A DNA stretch of 64,000 nt from Neodothiora populina. Taxonomy: Eukaryota. Below the pieces are notes generated by a model. It was not told where the DNA came from and did not search any database. It worked only from the letters and a program-made list of their open reading frames with translations. The stretch spans positions 1,240,001 to 1,304,000 of the forward strand of contig NW_027191417.1 in the NCBI RefSeq assembly GCF_041146345.1. The letters run 5' to 3'. Shown in pieces: positions 1 to 11,624 of this stretch. Position numbers and translations under genes: made by a program. How positions within the stretch are numbered: position 1 is the first letter of the stretch; each line of letters opens with the position of its first letter.

Positions 1-370
1 TACCACCGGCTATGCCTGAATGATCGAGGAGGTGAGGATTTACCGTAAGGGAGTTGTAGGGAACGAGCTCGTAAAACTTGTGGTATTCGCTTAAGCAGTA
101 ACATTGGATGGACAGGGTTCCCCACGATCATTGACACGAGCCATGAAGCGTCACGCGTGGGCGACTGAATATCTCGCTACTGTACAGTACAGTTCAGTAG
201 GCACCTTAGTGTTCTCCTACCCGCTTCATCCGCTTGTTGCTCCATTACTGGAAGGTACGATTCTGTTCTAAACATAAGGTATGGCCAAGGCGCTCCGTCA
301 TACTGTGATAGAGAAATGAAATCATTGGCGCTCAAATTGGCGTCACTGGACGCGGTCCGGGCCCATGAGA

Positions 371-552
371 AGGGGACTCCCCACATAACACAGCCAAGGC
401 AGGGCAGGATTTGGAGGGGTCTAGAGTTGGTGTAATGACGTAGCGTTCACATGCCAGCGGCACAAGACCCTTCAATATATAGCTCCCTTGTAAACACCTT
501 GATGCCACAGTCATTTACTTTTAATCATCACAATCAATCTACAAGATATAAA
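371..552 (+). promoter_or_regulatory. Two STRE-like AGGGG elements (371-375, 415-419) and TATAAA (547-552) upstream of the stress protein gene
   Basis: Motifs read directly from the sequence. The position fits a stress-induced gene starting at 619. The motifs are short, so support is weak. Confidence 0.35.
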
Positions 553-618
553 CTCACCTGAAGCCTTCTACAAAACAACGTTTCATCAACAACTTCATCC
601 AACACCAACAAGTTCATC

Positions 619-1220
619 ATGTCCGACAAGCAGACCTCCACCCTACAGTCATACATTGACTCTGCTTCTGGCGCAGCGCAATCTGCCCTCGGCAGCCTTA
701 TGGGCACCAACGGTGACAAGGTAAGCTACCCGTCTTTTCAACTCTTGGTAGATACATACCAGGCCACTCACACTGTGCCTTTCAGGTCCAAGGCGAGCAG
801 AAGAAGGATCAGGCCGAGGCCAAGAAGGATCTCTCCCACGCCGGTGGATCAGTTGGTCCATTCGACGTCTCCGCCTCCGGAGTCAACGCAAAGAACGAGG
901 ACCGCACTGAAGGCTCGTGGAACCAGACGGTGGGCGCGGCCAAGGAGACTGTCGGCGGTCTCATCGGTGCCGAGGGACTCAAGCAAGAGGGCATCAAGCA
1001 GAACCAGGAGGGCAAGGGCCAGGAGGCCCAGGGTCAGATCAGTGACTTCGGCAAGGGTGTCCATGACCGCGTCACTGGCACCGTCGGTGGTGCTGTCGCT
1101 GGCCTGACTGGTAATGACCAGGCCAAAGCTGCCTACGAAAACCAGCACGACTTGGGCAAGACCTCGCAGCGTGGTGTCGAGGCTGAGCTCCAGAAGCAGG
1201 CCGAGGCTCAGAAGCACTAG
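619..1220 (+). CDS. CsbD/LEA-like hydrophilic stress protein (Hmp1-like); exons 619-720, 786-1220
   Basis: GTAAGC...TTCAG intron joins MSDKQTSTLQSYIDSASGAAQSALGSL to ...RTEGSWNQTVGAAKETVGGLIGAEGLKQEG...GQEAQGQISDFGKGVHDRVTGTVGG in frame. G/Q/K/A-rich. Confidence 0.85.
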
Positions 1221-1623
1221 GGCAACTATGTGCGCGGACGATTTTGACGCATACATGCATGGGAACAAGTTAGGAGACTTGTGGTTGCAATGGCTTGCAG
1301 AGGATTTGGGATGATACCACTATGCGTAACGATTGCTACGATTCTTGATTGTTTTTGAAATGACAACCTTTACATCAACCTTTACTTGATCTTTCCCTTC
1401 CTGCCATGTGAATTTTCCCAGATATGGTCAAATGACTTGATAAGTTATATGTACCTTTGTAGAGTGATTCTACTAGCACCCTTTTCGATGTGGGGGTTGT
1501 GTGGGGAACAAGCACAACAATACGTTTGTACTCGATGAATGTCTACTTTTGTCTGCTCGGATTCATCACAATTTAAATACTACAAATTTAGGTATACAAT
1601 CATTTCGGCTGCTATATTACAAG

Positions 1624-2352
1624 ATGCGTTTACCTTACGTCGAAGAGACTCCCAAATTTTTGGACCCAAATGACCAAGCTGTTGTCGAGCGAGTCAAGGA
1701 GCGCCGTGGTGGAAATCTCATCGCATTAGATCGAGCACTGCTGAATGCTCCGCCAGTGGCAGATGGATGGTAAGATCGCTCAATGTGTTTACAATTCCAA
1801 AGAAAGCAGAGGAAAGAATGAACAAGTGATTCGTAAGGAAGGAAACGAAGACAAATATAAAGATACAAAATAGCTGAAATAATCCCCGCCTCTTTTCTGT
1901 ATTCGTACAGGAACTCTTTCCTCGACTCCATCCGTACCAAGACCACAATCCCCGATTCGATTCGCGAATTGGCCATCTGTCGCATCGCTGTCCTGAACAA
2001 GGCCTGGTACGAATGGGACGCTCACCTGCCCATCCTCGAGGCCACGGGAGCCGTGTCCAAAGACGCAATCTCGTATCTGCGCAGCAAGCCCGTACACGAA
2101 GAAGCATGCCGGACAGGAGAGTCACAGGATTTACTGGATGAACAGCATGCTGCTGTGTTGGACTATACGGATGCCATGACCATCGGGTGCGTGGTCCCCA
2201 ACCCAGTCTTCGTGCGGTTGGAGAACATGTTTTCGGAAAGAGAAGTCACGGAGATCACGGCGACTGTAGCTGCATATAATTGTGTCAGTCGATTCTTGGT
2301 CGCTTTGGATGTTGGGGAGATGGTCAAGAAATATGGCGCTGATGGTCCTTGA
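1624..2352 (+). CDS. Carboxymuconolactone decarboxylase / AhpD-like protein; exons 1624-1769, 1911-2352
   Basis: Spliced product contains LIALDRALLNAPPVADGWNSFLDSIR, RELAICRIAVLNKAWYEWDAH and EITATVAAYNCVSRFLVALDVGE, typical of fungal CMD-family proteins. Confidence 0.85.
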
Positions 2353-2539
2353 ACTAATGTGCTTGTTCCGTGTGAGTCATTTCAGTACGTCTACGACCTC
2401 GTTGTGCTGACTTCTAATTTGACAGATCCACTGGGGCATGCTTTGGCTACACAATCGGATTAGGCTGTGTTCTTGAGGCGCGCAAATCCTTGCATTAAAT
2501 CTGGCATAGCATCGTAACATATATCATATGCAAGCCGTT

Positions 2540-4021
2540 TCAGAAATCTCTCACATCCCATTCCCTCTCACTCAGACTTCCTTTGAGTGAACTAGGTCCC
2601 CTCGGTAGAAAGACACCGTCTTTGCCGCCAATAAGACCACCATTATCTCTGTCCCAAGCCACGTGGCCCCGGAGTATTGTATAACGTGGCCATTGAGACA
2701 GCGTTCGACCCTCATACGGCGTATGGTCCACCGCGTGATGCAACATTTCGTTCTTCAGTTCGAATGATTCCATCTCACCTCCCGGGTACCAGACGACCAG
2801 ATCTGCATCCGAAACCTCTTCGAGGATCGTTCCTTTTCTGGGGTACAGACCATATAGCTTCGCAGCATTAGTGCTTGTTACCTCTACGAATTTGCAGATA
2901 TTCAATCTGCTAGCGCTCATGGCCAATGGTAACCTTGTTTCGATGCCAGGTAGCCCATTCGGAACATATTTGAAGTGCCCAACAGGGAAATCGTCACTGA
3001 TACAGCGTTTCTTACCCGTCACTGCGTCGTCGTACAGGAACGGACAATGATCACTTGACAGCACCGTGAAAGTGCCATCTTCCAGCCCTCTCCAGATAGC
3101 CTCATGGTCTGCCTCGCCCTCTCTGGGCGGTGGTGAACAGCAGTACTTTGCACCTTCGAAGCCATCCCTGTCGAGATCCTTGCGTGTCAGGAACAGGTAT
3201 TGGGGACACGTCTCGGCATACACAGGCAAGCCCCTCCCCTGCGCCTCACGAATGTGCTTCGCAGCCCCAGGACTGCTTACGTGCACAATCAGAATGGGCA
3301 CGTCTAGGAACTCGGCAAGACTGATGGCACGATACGTGGCTTCGACCTCGGCGACAGGTGGGTGAGAAGTGACGTGCCATTTCGGCGCGAACAATTGCTT
3401 CTCCTCGAGTTTCTTCGTCATCCAATCGATCACGGCTCCATTCTCGGCGTGTATCATCGTCGTGATACCCTGCTTGCGCGCCTCGAGCAGGACATCCAAG
3501 ATCTGACCGTCGTCAAGCTGGAGTGCAGCATAAGTCATATAGATCTTAAGACTCGATATGCCCTTTTCCCTCAGCGTTGCAAACTCAGCTAACGCAGTGG
3601 CCGAGGGGTTTGAAACCAGTAAATGGAACGAGTAATCGACGTAGCATTTCCGGTCCGCTTTCTCGTGACAAGTGGATAACGTAGAAAGCAACGAGTCCAT
3701 TGACTTTTGCTGTGGCGCAAACGTGATCATCGTCGTCGTGCCACCGCATATCGCGCTCCGTGAGCCGGTTTCGTAGGTGTCTGCGCTCGACCCCTTGCCG
3801 AACAATGGCGGTTCTTCGAGGTGCACATGGGCGTCTACTCCGCCGGGCGTGACATATGCTCCTTGTGCATCAATGGTTCGTTTTGCGGTCGAGTCCTTCA
3901 GCTGGCCTGGTGCGGCGAGGGTCTTGATTTTGGAATCTTTGATCCCGATGTCCAAGGCTTGACTCGATTCTGGAGTCGCTACTACGCCGTTGATGATGAT
4001 TAGATCGTAGTCTTCCGTCAT
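2540..4021 (-). CDS. Dihydropyrimidinase / D-hydantoinase (amidohydrolase superfamily), single exon, 493 aa
   Basis: PGGVDAHVHL (HxH), GGTTT, SSLKIYMTY (carbamylated Lys), IHAENG, IVHVSS, ETCPQYL, CSPPPR, SSDHCPF, PNGLPGIETRLP, STNAAKLYGLYPRKG. Confidence 0.93.
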   Translation of the reverse strand: MTEDYDLIIINGVVATPESSQALDIGIKDSKIKTLAAPGQLKDSTAKRTIDAQGAYVTPGGVDAHVHLEEPPLFGKGSSADTYETGSRSAICGGTTTMITFAPQQKSMDSLLSTLSTCHEKADRKCYVDYSFHLLVSNPSATALAEFATLREKGISSLKIYMTYAALQLDDGQILDVLLEARKQGITTMIHAENGAVIDWMTKKLEEKQLFAPKWHVTSHPPVAEVEATYRAISLAEFLDVPILIVHVSSPGAAKHIREAQGRGLPVYAETCPQYLFLTRKDLDRDGFEGAKYCCSPPPREGEADHEAIWRGLEDGTFTVLSSDHCPFLYDDAVTGKKRCISDDFPVGHFKYVPNGLPGIETRLPLAMSASRLNICKFVEVTSTNAAKLYGLYPRKGTILEEVSDADLVVWYPGGEMESFELKNEMLHHAVDHTPYEGRTLSQWPRYTILRGHVAWDRDNGGLIGGKDGVFLPRGPSSLKGSLSEREWDVRDF

Positions 4022-4154
4022 TCTTCATGTATTTTGTATTCACTATTCGTTCATCACTTGTAGAGTATAAGAGACTACGTGTTTACTTGATCTAACACAT
4101 CTAACAACAATACCTCCAAGAACGCCACAAAACCCGCATCCCATCCATCGAGCC

Positions 4155-4490
4155 GATAAGTGAACCACAACAATGTCCATTTCTTTTCCCCCTCATCCAA
4201 CCTTGTCCATAGATACCGATAAGATTGCTACAATGAGTGCACAAAGTCCAGACGCCTATCGCGTCCTGTTTGCCCTTGTCCTCACCCTATCTTATCATTT
4301 ACCCCGCGATCCCCATTTGGGTAGTTGTTTAACCAATACACTTTGACTAAGTAACCAATCGATAAGGTAAACCCCCACTTCGTGCCTTTTGCTCACTGTA
4401 CTGTACCTTGCCCTACTACCTACTGTATCTATTCTTAATGCTACTAGACGGCCGTCCAATACTGCAGCATGGTTGATCCGGGTACTTATC
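4155..4490. promoter_or_regulatory. Cluster of five GATAAG/CTTATC sites (AreA/Nit2-type GATA elements)
   Basis: GATAAG at 4155, 4218, 4361 and CTTATC at 4291, 4485, directly upstream of a nitrogen-catabolic enzyme gene. Confidence 0.6.
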
Positions 4491-4735
4491 TTTGTACGGG
4501 TGTTTGCGCCATAACAGTACCTTACTGTGCAATTAGTAGGTCTATCTATCTCCTGCTCGATTAGATCTCGCGAGCTCTAGCAGCGCCGCGCGCCGTCGCC
4601 GGAGGGTTGTGATGATTATAGGATGCGTATATGCATGCGTACTAGCTGGCTCGTAATGGTTATGTAAGTGAGCGCGCATGATCATTCTTGTTCCTGTGCA
4701 TTGTTGTGCTTTCCTTGGTCTCGTAGCAAGACGAT

Positions 4736-6762
4736 ATGGAGAACGGGTCGATTCGTTGTGTGGATACTTTGGTTGTTGGTGGGGGACCTGTGGGTAGGTG
4801 GATTCCTCTTTTTTGTTGACTTTCCACTGCACTATGCGTTCTATCCTTTGAAGTTATGTGGGGTTGTTCGACGTGGCATAAGAAAACACTCCGCAGGACC
4901 GATGGTAATACAGACTGCTATATGGATGTGAATGATGTAGTCATTTAATACAGAGAACCCCTAGACATCTATTCGGCACTCTTCCTTTTTCGTAACAGAA
5001 CTAATAATAAAAACCAGGTCTGATAACCGCCTACCAACTTTCCAAATTCGGTACCTCCGTCTCCATCATCGAGCACCACAACAAATCAACCCAAGACACC
5101 TACGGTCGAGCAATCACACTGTACCCACGCACATCCGAACTACTAGACCAGCTCTCACTCGCCGACACCCTAGCGCAAACATGTTTCGCATGCCGCGAGA
5201 CTGCCAGCTACGACGCCTTGGGCCGAGAAGTCCACGGCCGCGGCTGGCATTTCATGGAGAACATGAAGGACACGAAGTGGGACTTTGCGCTCGTGCTGAG
5301 GCAGCGATATCAGGAGGAAGTGTTCAGGAGTGCGCTGCGGGATGAGGGTGGGGTTGAGCTCGAGTCGGAGAAGACGCTGGTGGGGGTCTCTATTGATGCG
5401 GAGCAGCCGAAGGGCGGGTATCGGATTACCGCTACGATACGGAAAAGGGATGGGTCTGAGGAGCGCGTCAGGTGTAGGTATCTGGTTGGGTGTGATGGAG
5501 GCAGGTCTACGGTGCGCAGACTCATGAATATCCCGTTTGTGGGGACAAGTACTGAGGACCGCTGGGTGCGTGTCGATGGCGTCGTCGAGACAAACGTGCC
5601 TCGTCCGAGGACATACTGCGCTATCGAGTCTCCTACACATGGAAATGTGTTATGGGCTGCCCTGGACCACGGCGCCACGCGAATAGGCTATGCGTTCACT
5701 GCAGAGCGCGCGAGTCGGTACGCAGATTTCGACGAGGCGGCTGCGGTGAAAGAGGCGATCGCGTCTGTCAAGCCGTTTGATCTGCGCTTCAAGCAGGTCG
5801 ATTGGTGGACGCTATACTCTGTCGGCCAGCGAGTCGCAGAGAGCTTCTTCGTAAACGACTGCGTCTTCCTCGCCGGTGACGCATGTCATACGCATTCTTC
5901 GGGCGCCGCGCAAGGTATGAACACGGGAATACACGACTCGGTTAATCTGGCTTGGAAGCTTGCCCTTGTATTGAAGGGAGTGATGAACCCGGATATCCTG
6001 GAGACATATCGGAGGGAGCGATTGCCGAATGTGGAGAAACTGATCAAGTACGACAAAGACATCTCCAGGCTGATGAGTCTTCAGTTGCCTGAAGGCTGGA
6101 TGGGTGATCCGAGAGCCGACCCGAACGAGATACTGGGAGAGGTCATGAAGGAAGCAGGCACTTTCAGCAGCGGACTGGGCATCTACTATGAAATGGAAAA
6201 GTCGAATCCACTCAGCGTAATGGGTAGCTTTGCGTGCGAAGAGGAGCTCGAAGCTGTCAGGCCTGGTAAAAGAGCACCGGATGTCGAGCTACAGAAGCCT
6301 GGTACGATGGAGACGACTAGACTGATACAACAGACACCGAACCGGGCGAAGTTTTATGTCGCTGTGTTCGCCGGAGACGCAGCAACAACACGGGGCTGTC
6401 TGCGTCGCTTCAAGACTACTGTACAGCAATGGCACGGTCAGCTGCTTTCGCTCGGTCAGTAAAGCATTGCCGTCATGCGTTGTAGAGTATTGCTGACTTG
6501 AGTCTTAGGTGCCAAAGTGTCTTGGCTGACGATACTTGCTAAAAGCGGCCCATCAGCGTATGAGCTGTTAGAGATGGATCCATTCGGCAGAGTTCTATAT
6601 GATCAGTCGAGCGGTGCTCATCAACGTTACGGCATCAACACGTCCAGTCCTGTAGCGGTGATACTGAGGCCAGATGGATGGGTGGGTACGATGATAGATT
6701 TGACGGCAGAGGATGCAAGCACTGAGATGCATAGATACTTCGCAAGGATACTTTCAATGTAG
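4736..6762 (+). CDS. FAD-dependent monooxygenase (phenol hydroxylase/PheA-like); exons 4736-4793, 5018-6454, 6509-6762
   Basis: Splicing restores the VDTLVVGGGPVG|LITAYQL Rossmann motif. Also YLVGCDGGRSTVR, VFLAGDACHTHSSGAAQGMNTGIHD and C-terminal ILRPDGWVG. The start codon is inferred. Confidence 0.9.
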
Positions 6763-6826
6763 ATAATATAGATTTAGATGGGCCAGCCATGGATTGCCGT
6801 ATATTTTCATTGAAGAGCCATAGAAA

Positions 6827-7793
6827 TTAAGCCATCATAGGATGGTCCGGCGCTATATGGGAATTTGTCGATCCGTTGAAGTGATGCTCCACCATATACT
6901 CCCGAATATGATCCTGTAAGCAAAACAGATCAGTAAGATATCAACATTTTAAAAACGGTTTGCGATACTCACCCAGCTCCTACACTCATGTGGGATACCC
7001 CAACCATCAACCGCATACCTCTTTCCATCCTCTTCCTCTCTCGGCCACTCAAGCGCCATATCCCCAGCACACTGCAGAGTCTGCCTCAAGTAATCAAAGC
7101 AATGATGCACATGCTCACCATCAGGACCCAACAGCGAATCCGTCATCTTCTTCAGCCCCTCCGTATCATTCGCCACCACACCGTCGACGAGCATCCAGTG
7201 ATACTTTCTCAGCTGACCCAGACAATGCAGCTGGTGGAACATGGCGACCGAGTAGATCTCGCCGAAATACGTGGATTCGCCAGGCGGCAGACCGTACTTT
7301 TTTGAGTCTGGGACATAGACGAAGCCACGGCCGTTGGGGAGCAGGTCGTCCCATGCTATGTCGCTTTCGAGAGAGGGGCGGGAGGCGTATTTTTCGTTTC
7401 TCTCGAAGATGTGAATGTTCATTGGCACTGTTTTGGTTAGGACGATGTTAGTCAGGAACGTCACTCTGACGCTGAACCTTTGTTGATGGAGAGAGGTTTG
7501 TTCTGGATATACATACTTGGTGGCACGGGCGTGCGTAGTATCTGTGGAAGCAGGAGACCATCGTATCTGATGCTGCGGAACGCTACGAGGGCACCGAAGA
7601 GCACGAATGTTGCAGAGAATATTCCCAATATCCACCTCAGGTTCCTGTTTGCTCTCTCCAACTCGAGCAATTTCCTGTCGCTGACTTGATTTTGCTCTTT
7701 TGGTAGCATTTTGTCTTCTTCTTCTTCCTCTGCAACTTGATCATAGTGTTGCTTATTGGTGCCTTTCCGGCGGAAATAATCAAGTGATGACAT
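6827..7793 (-). CDS. UstYa-like / DUF3328 oxidase; exons 7793-7517, 7427-6973, 6913-6827
   Basis: N-terminal TM helix (WILGIFSATFVLFGALVAF), two HxxHC motifs (FHQLHCL; HVHHCFDYLRQTLQCAGDMALE), and GWGIPHECRSWD. Canonical GT-AG introns. Confidence 0.9.
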
Positions 7794-9179
7794 GTTTAAT
7801 TATGGAGAAAGAACGATGGGAGATGGCATAGCAATTACCTTCAAAGGAGAAGATCATAAAATCGAAGACAACATTTCAATCATATCTCACGACACATATA
7901 AGTCAAAGGGGCCTACCTTACTATTGCAGAGGACATGCATGCACTCGCAAGCCGAAACAAACATGGCTGTTTCATAGTCCCCAGGCACGAAACCAGAGTC
8001 ATGTTTGTGTTTGACACGATGTATGGCGCGAACTTGAGTAGGAAGTAGTCCGGGAGATCGGCCCGAGGTGAGGGCTGGAGTCCTTTAACCGTCCACCGAG
8101 GAACGCTTCGTTCAGGCCCGACTACCGAACGATCTTGGAGTCTCTCGCGCCGTCTTCTGCCTTGGTGCAAGGGCAACAGATCTCTAGTATTACTGAATAC
8201 ACCTAATAAATTTACACTTTTATCGTTGGTGAACGAGCGTCTTGTAGTGATAGGTCCGTCCGTGGACGTGTGTGTATGTGCGCAAGTGGACGAAAGTAGC
8301 GATGTGCTCCACAGCGCTGACTCGAACATAATGGCCTTATGCATGCGTCGAACACATGAACAGTGAGGGAATATGCGGGTGTTTGCTCCATATTGTTTCA
8401 GGGCACACTGACGGCATTTGCATGTATTTACAGTACTGTAGGTGTTGCACGTAATTATCGTTCTAGGAGTCGTACATGTATCTTACCGAGCTCACAACTT
8501 CTCCTCACTAGATGTCATCTACTGTACCTTATCTTTCCCCTCTACTGCACGTATCGCACCATCCATGAACGATGCAGAACGACAGCCTTTCATTGCTTAC
8601 ACAACATTGCATCACACCACCACCACTACCATCACAAATCTTCACCTCGAGGCTTCTCGACAACCGAACCTTGACTGGCTCTGGGTAGCAAAGTACCGAG
8701 GGAGGGCCCGGAACGTAGGGGACCGAGGGGGGGGGGACGGAAGTAATTCCGCACCCCAATTGTCATAATGTGCTCTGCATCTTTGTGGCTTATCAATAAT
8801 TCTCGAGCTTTGCTTTGCTTTGATACTCTAACTTCCAAGCCTTTTTGTCGTATTGCGAATCTACCTACGTTGGGTACGGATTGCGTGATGATGCAGGGCT
8901 GACAATCCGTTTTCGCGAATTGTCAACGGCAGTTGATTGGAAAATGACAGACCATGAACAGTAAGACATGTGTAGGGCCAAGGTAAGGTAGGTAAGCTTT
9001 CGTATTGATTTGGAGATTATATATGCCGACCAGCTTTCTTTCTCTCTCTGTTCTCTCCACAGCTTCAAAAGACATCACTGGCATACTGCTATATCAGGTT
9101 TCACTACAACACTTTCTCACTCACCTCGTTCACACATCATTCTTGTTTCACTGAACCACTTCATACACCACTCGCAACC

Positions 9180-10165
9180 ATGTCCGCATACCAGACAGTA
9201 GCAATCGCAGGGGTAGGTGTTTCCATACCCCACATTGACCTTGCCCCTCCCTTCATTCGTCATCCTCAATCGACTAATAGGATTCTCTTCACAACACATA
9301 GGCTACAGGTAACCTAGGCCCATCAGTCCTCAACGCCCTAGCAGCAGCAGGAACCTTCAAGATCACCGTCCTCTCCCGCAAGGCCACGATCCCGAACCTG
9401 CCTTCAGGCGTCACGGTGGCCCAAGTCGACTACAGCTCGCACAGCTCTCTCGTGTCGGCGCTAAAAGGCCACGACGCCCTTGTCTCCGTCATCTCCGACT
9501 TCGACTCGCAGCCCGCGCTCATTGACGCCGCCATCGAGGCAGGCGTATCGCGCTTCATCCCCTCCGAGTTCGGATCCGACAGCTTCGGCAACGAGAACGC
9601 GCGCAAGCTGCCCGTGTTCGGAGGCAAGGTCAAGACGCAGGAGTACCTCGCCTCGAAGAAAGATCAGATCTCGTATTCGTTTGTCATCAATGGAGCGTTC
9701 TTGGACTGGGGCATCATGGTCGGGTTCGTCATCAGCCCCAAGGACGAGGCCGAGAACAAAATCTACGACGACGGCGACAGGAAGAGGAGTATGACGCTGC
9801 TGAGCGACGTGGGCAAAGCCGTCGTCGGCGTTTTGAATCATCCCGAGGAAACAAAGAACAAGGCGCTTTACATCCAGAGTGCTGCCGTGTCTCAGAACCA
9901 GCTGCTCGATATCGCGCAGAAGATCAAGCCGGGTCTGAAGGTTGTCAGGAAGGCCGTCGACACTGCTGATGTGGAGAAGAACTCGTATGGCATTCTCGGT
10001 CAAGGTAAGGATGCCAACATCGGCGAGGCTATGATCGGGTTCATCATCGTGTCCATTTTCAGAGACGGCTACGGTGGTCTGTTTGAGAAGAACGACAACG
10101 AGTTGTTGGGCGTCAAGAGCCTGTCTGAGGAGGAGCTTGTCAAGGTGGTCGCGCAGTATGTTTAA
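9180..10165 (+). CDS. NmrA-like / isoflavone reductase-family NAD(P)-binding oxidoreductase; exons 9180-9212, 9302-10165
   Basis: VAIAG|ATGNLG nucleotide-binding motif across the intron, LIDAAIEAGVSRFIPSEFGSD, NGAFLDWG. Confidence 0.9.
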
Positions 10166-10293
10166 GTTCTCTTGACACATAAAAAGCAGATTAACACGAA
10201 ATGACGATACTATTATTACGCTCGTACAAAAACATGGTGCTCACTAGTCTGGTTAACACGTAGGTTATAGGCACCCATCTTTCACTTATCCCC

Positions 10294-11624
10294 TTAGAGA
10301 CGAGCAGAAAGCCACGACTCAATAACCTGGGCTCCCTGAGCTTTGTGATTATACCCCAGTAGTCTCTCAATGATGAACTCCTCGTGTGCAGCTCCAGGCT
10401 AAATAAATGGTCAGAACCAACAGACGCAGACGTCTTAAAGGGAGGAGCATGACGGCGATTCACCACTTACCTCTATAATCAGCTCAGCCTTGGGGAAACC
10501 GCGCTTCAGCTTATCAGCGAGTCTGCGAATGGAATCGATCAGAACCTCGCCACTGCCGCCCCAGATCAGCAAATCACTGATGGCGGTGTCGAGCTTGCTG
10601 AACCAAGCGTCGTCGGCGAGCAGAGGCTGGAAATAGGCGTCTTTGGGCGCATTGCCTACGAAAGCAGAGGACCAACGAACCCCGACTTCCTTCGTGACGA
10701 AGTCCAGCCCTTGGTTGCGATTGAAACTCGTCTGGTCGACGTCGAAGTCAACGTAAGGCGAGATTAACAATGCCGCTCTGAAGGGCTCCGACAGTTCGAG
10801 CTTGGTGGATATGTCTGGGTGCGGATGCAAGACGTGTGACAAAACGCACATGGCGAGATTTGCGCCTGCAGAGTCGCCTGCTATGATGATGTTGCTCGGC
10901 CTGCGACCCTCCTTGTTGATGAGGTGGTCGAGCAGCTCGACCGCTTGGCGGAGCTGGGTCGGATACTGGCCTTCTGGAGCACAGGTGTAGTGCAAGACGA
11001 CACTGGAGATGGAGGTTGACATTGCCAGGTCTTTAGAGAGGTCAAGAAGCCATCTAATGTCGACGGCTCAGTCACTGCTGCTACGACTGCTACGGACGAA
11101 AGTCAAGCACACGCTGGAATTTGCTTACCTGAAATGACCAGGGGAGCAGGGGAGGACATAACCGCCACCTTTGACCGAGTCAGCGATTCAGAGTCTGGAA
11201 ATATATGCAAAGCTGAAAGGCTCGATACCATGGAAGTACACAATGGTCTTCTCAGCAGTCTTGTCACCAAGCCAGTGAGCCTTGCATCCCGATGAGAGGA
11301 GCAACGTGTCCGGCTGGAAGTTCCTCTGCTTGGCCAAGTCCAGGTAGTTCGCCTGGGTATCTGGATTCATCCACTTTTCTTGGGTGAGAGTCACATTCGA
11401 CATCTGGTATCGAAGAGCTGCGTATACGACATCCTTGAACAGTCCGGTAGGACGAGAACCTGAGCGGACTGGGGCCGAGAGAAGACGGGTCAATGCTACA
11501 ACAGCTGGAAGGGCAAGAATCAGAGGTAGACACAAAAGAGGAATGTAAAGAAATCACTTGTTTTGAGAAGAACACTGAAGAGATCGAGCTTGTCGAACAG
11601 AGTAGCTGGAGGAGCAGGTGCCAT
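10294..11624 (-). CDS. Alpha/beta-hydrolase (HSL-like, Say1/Mug180-type), multi-exon
   Basis: YFHG|GGY oxyanion motif split by an intron, GDSAG nucleophile, GSGEVLID, last exon PGAAHEEFII...WLSARL*. Start MAPAPPATLFDKLDL at 11624. Confidence 0.85.

Noticed and set aside
9461..10180. 239-aa minus ORF over the NmrA gene, and similar antisense ORFs over the RhoGAP, IMP4, NHP2, permease and GPI genes
   Set aside because: In-register antisense shadows of real genes.
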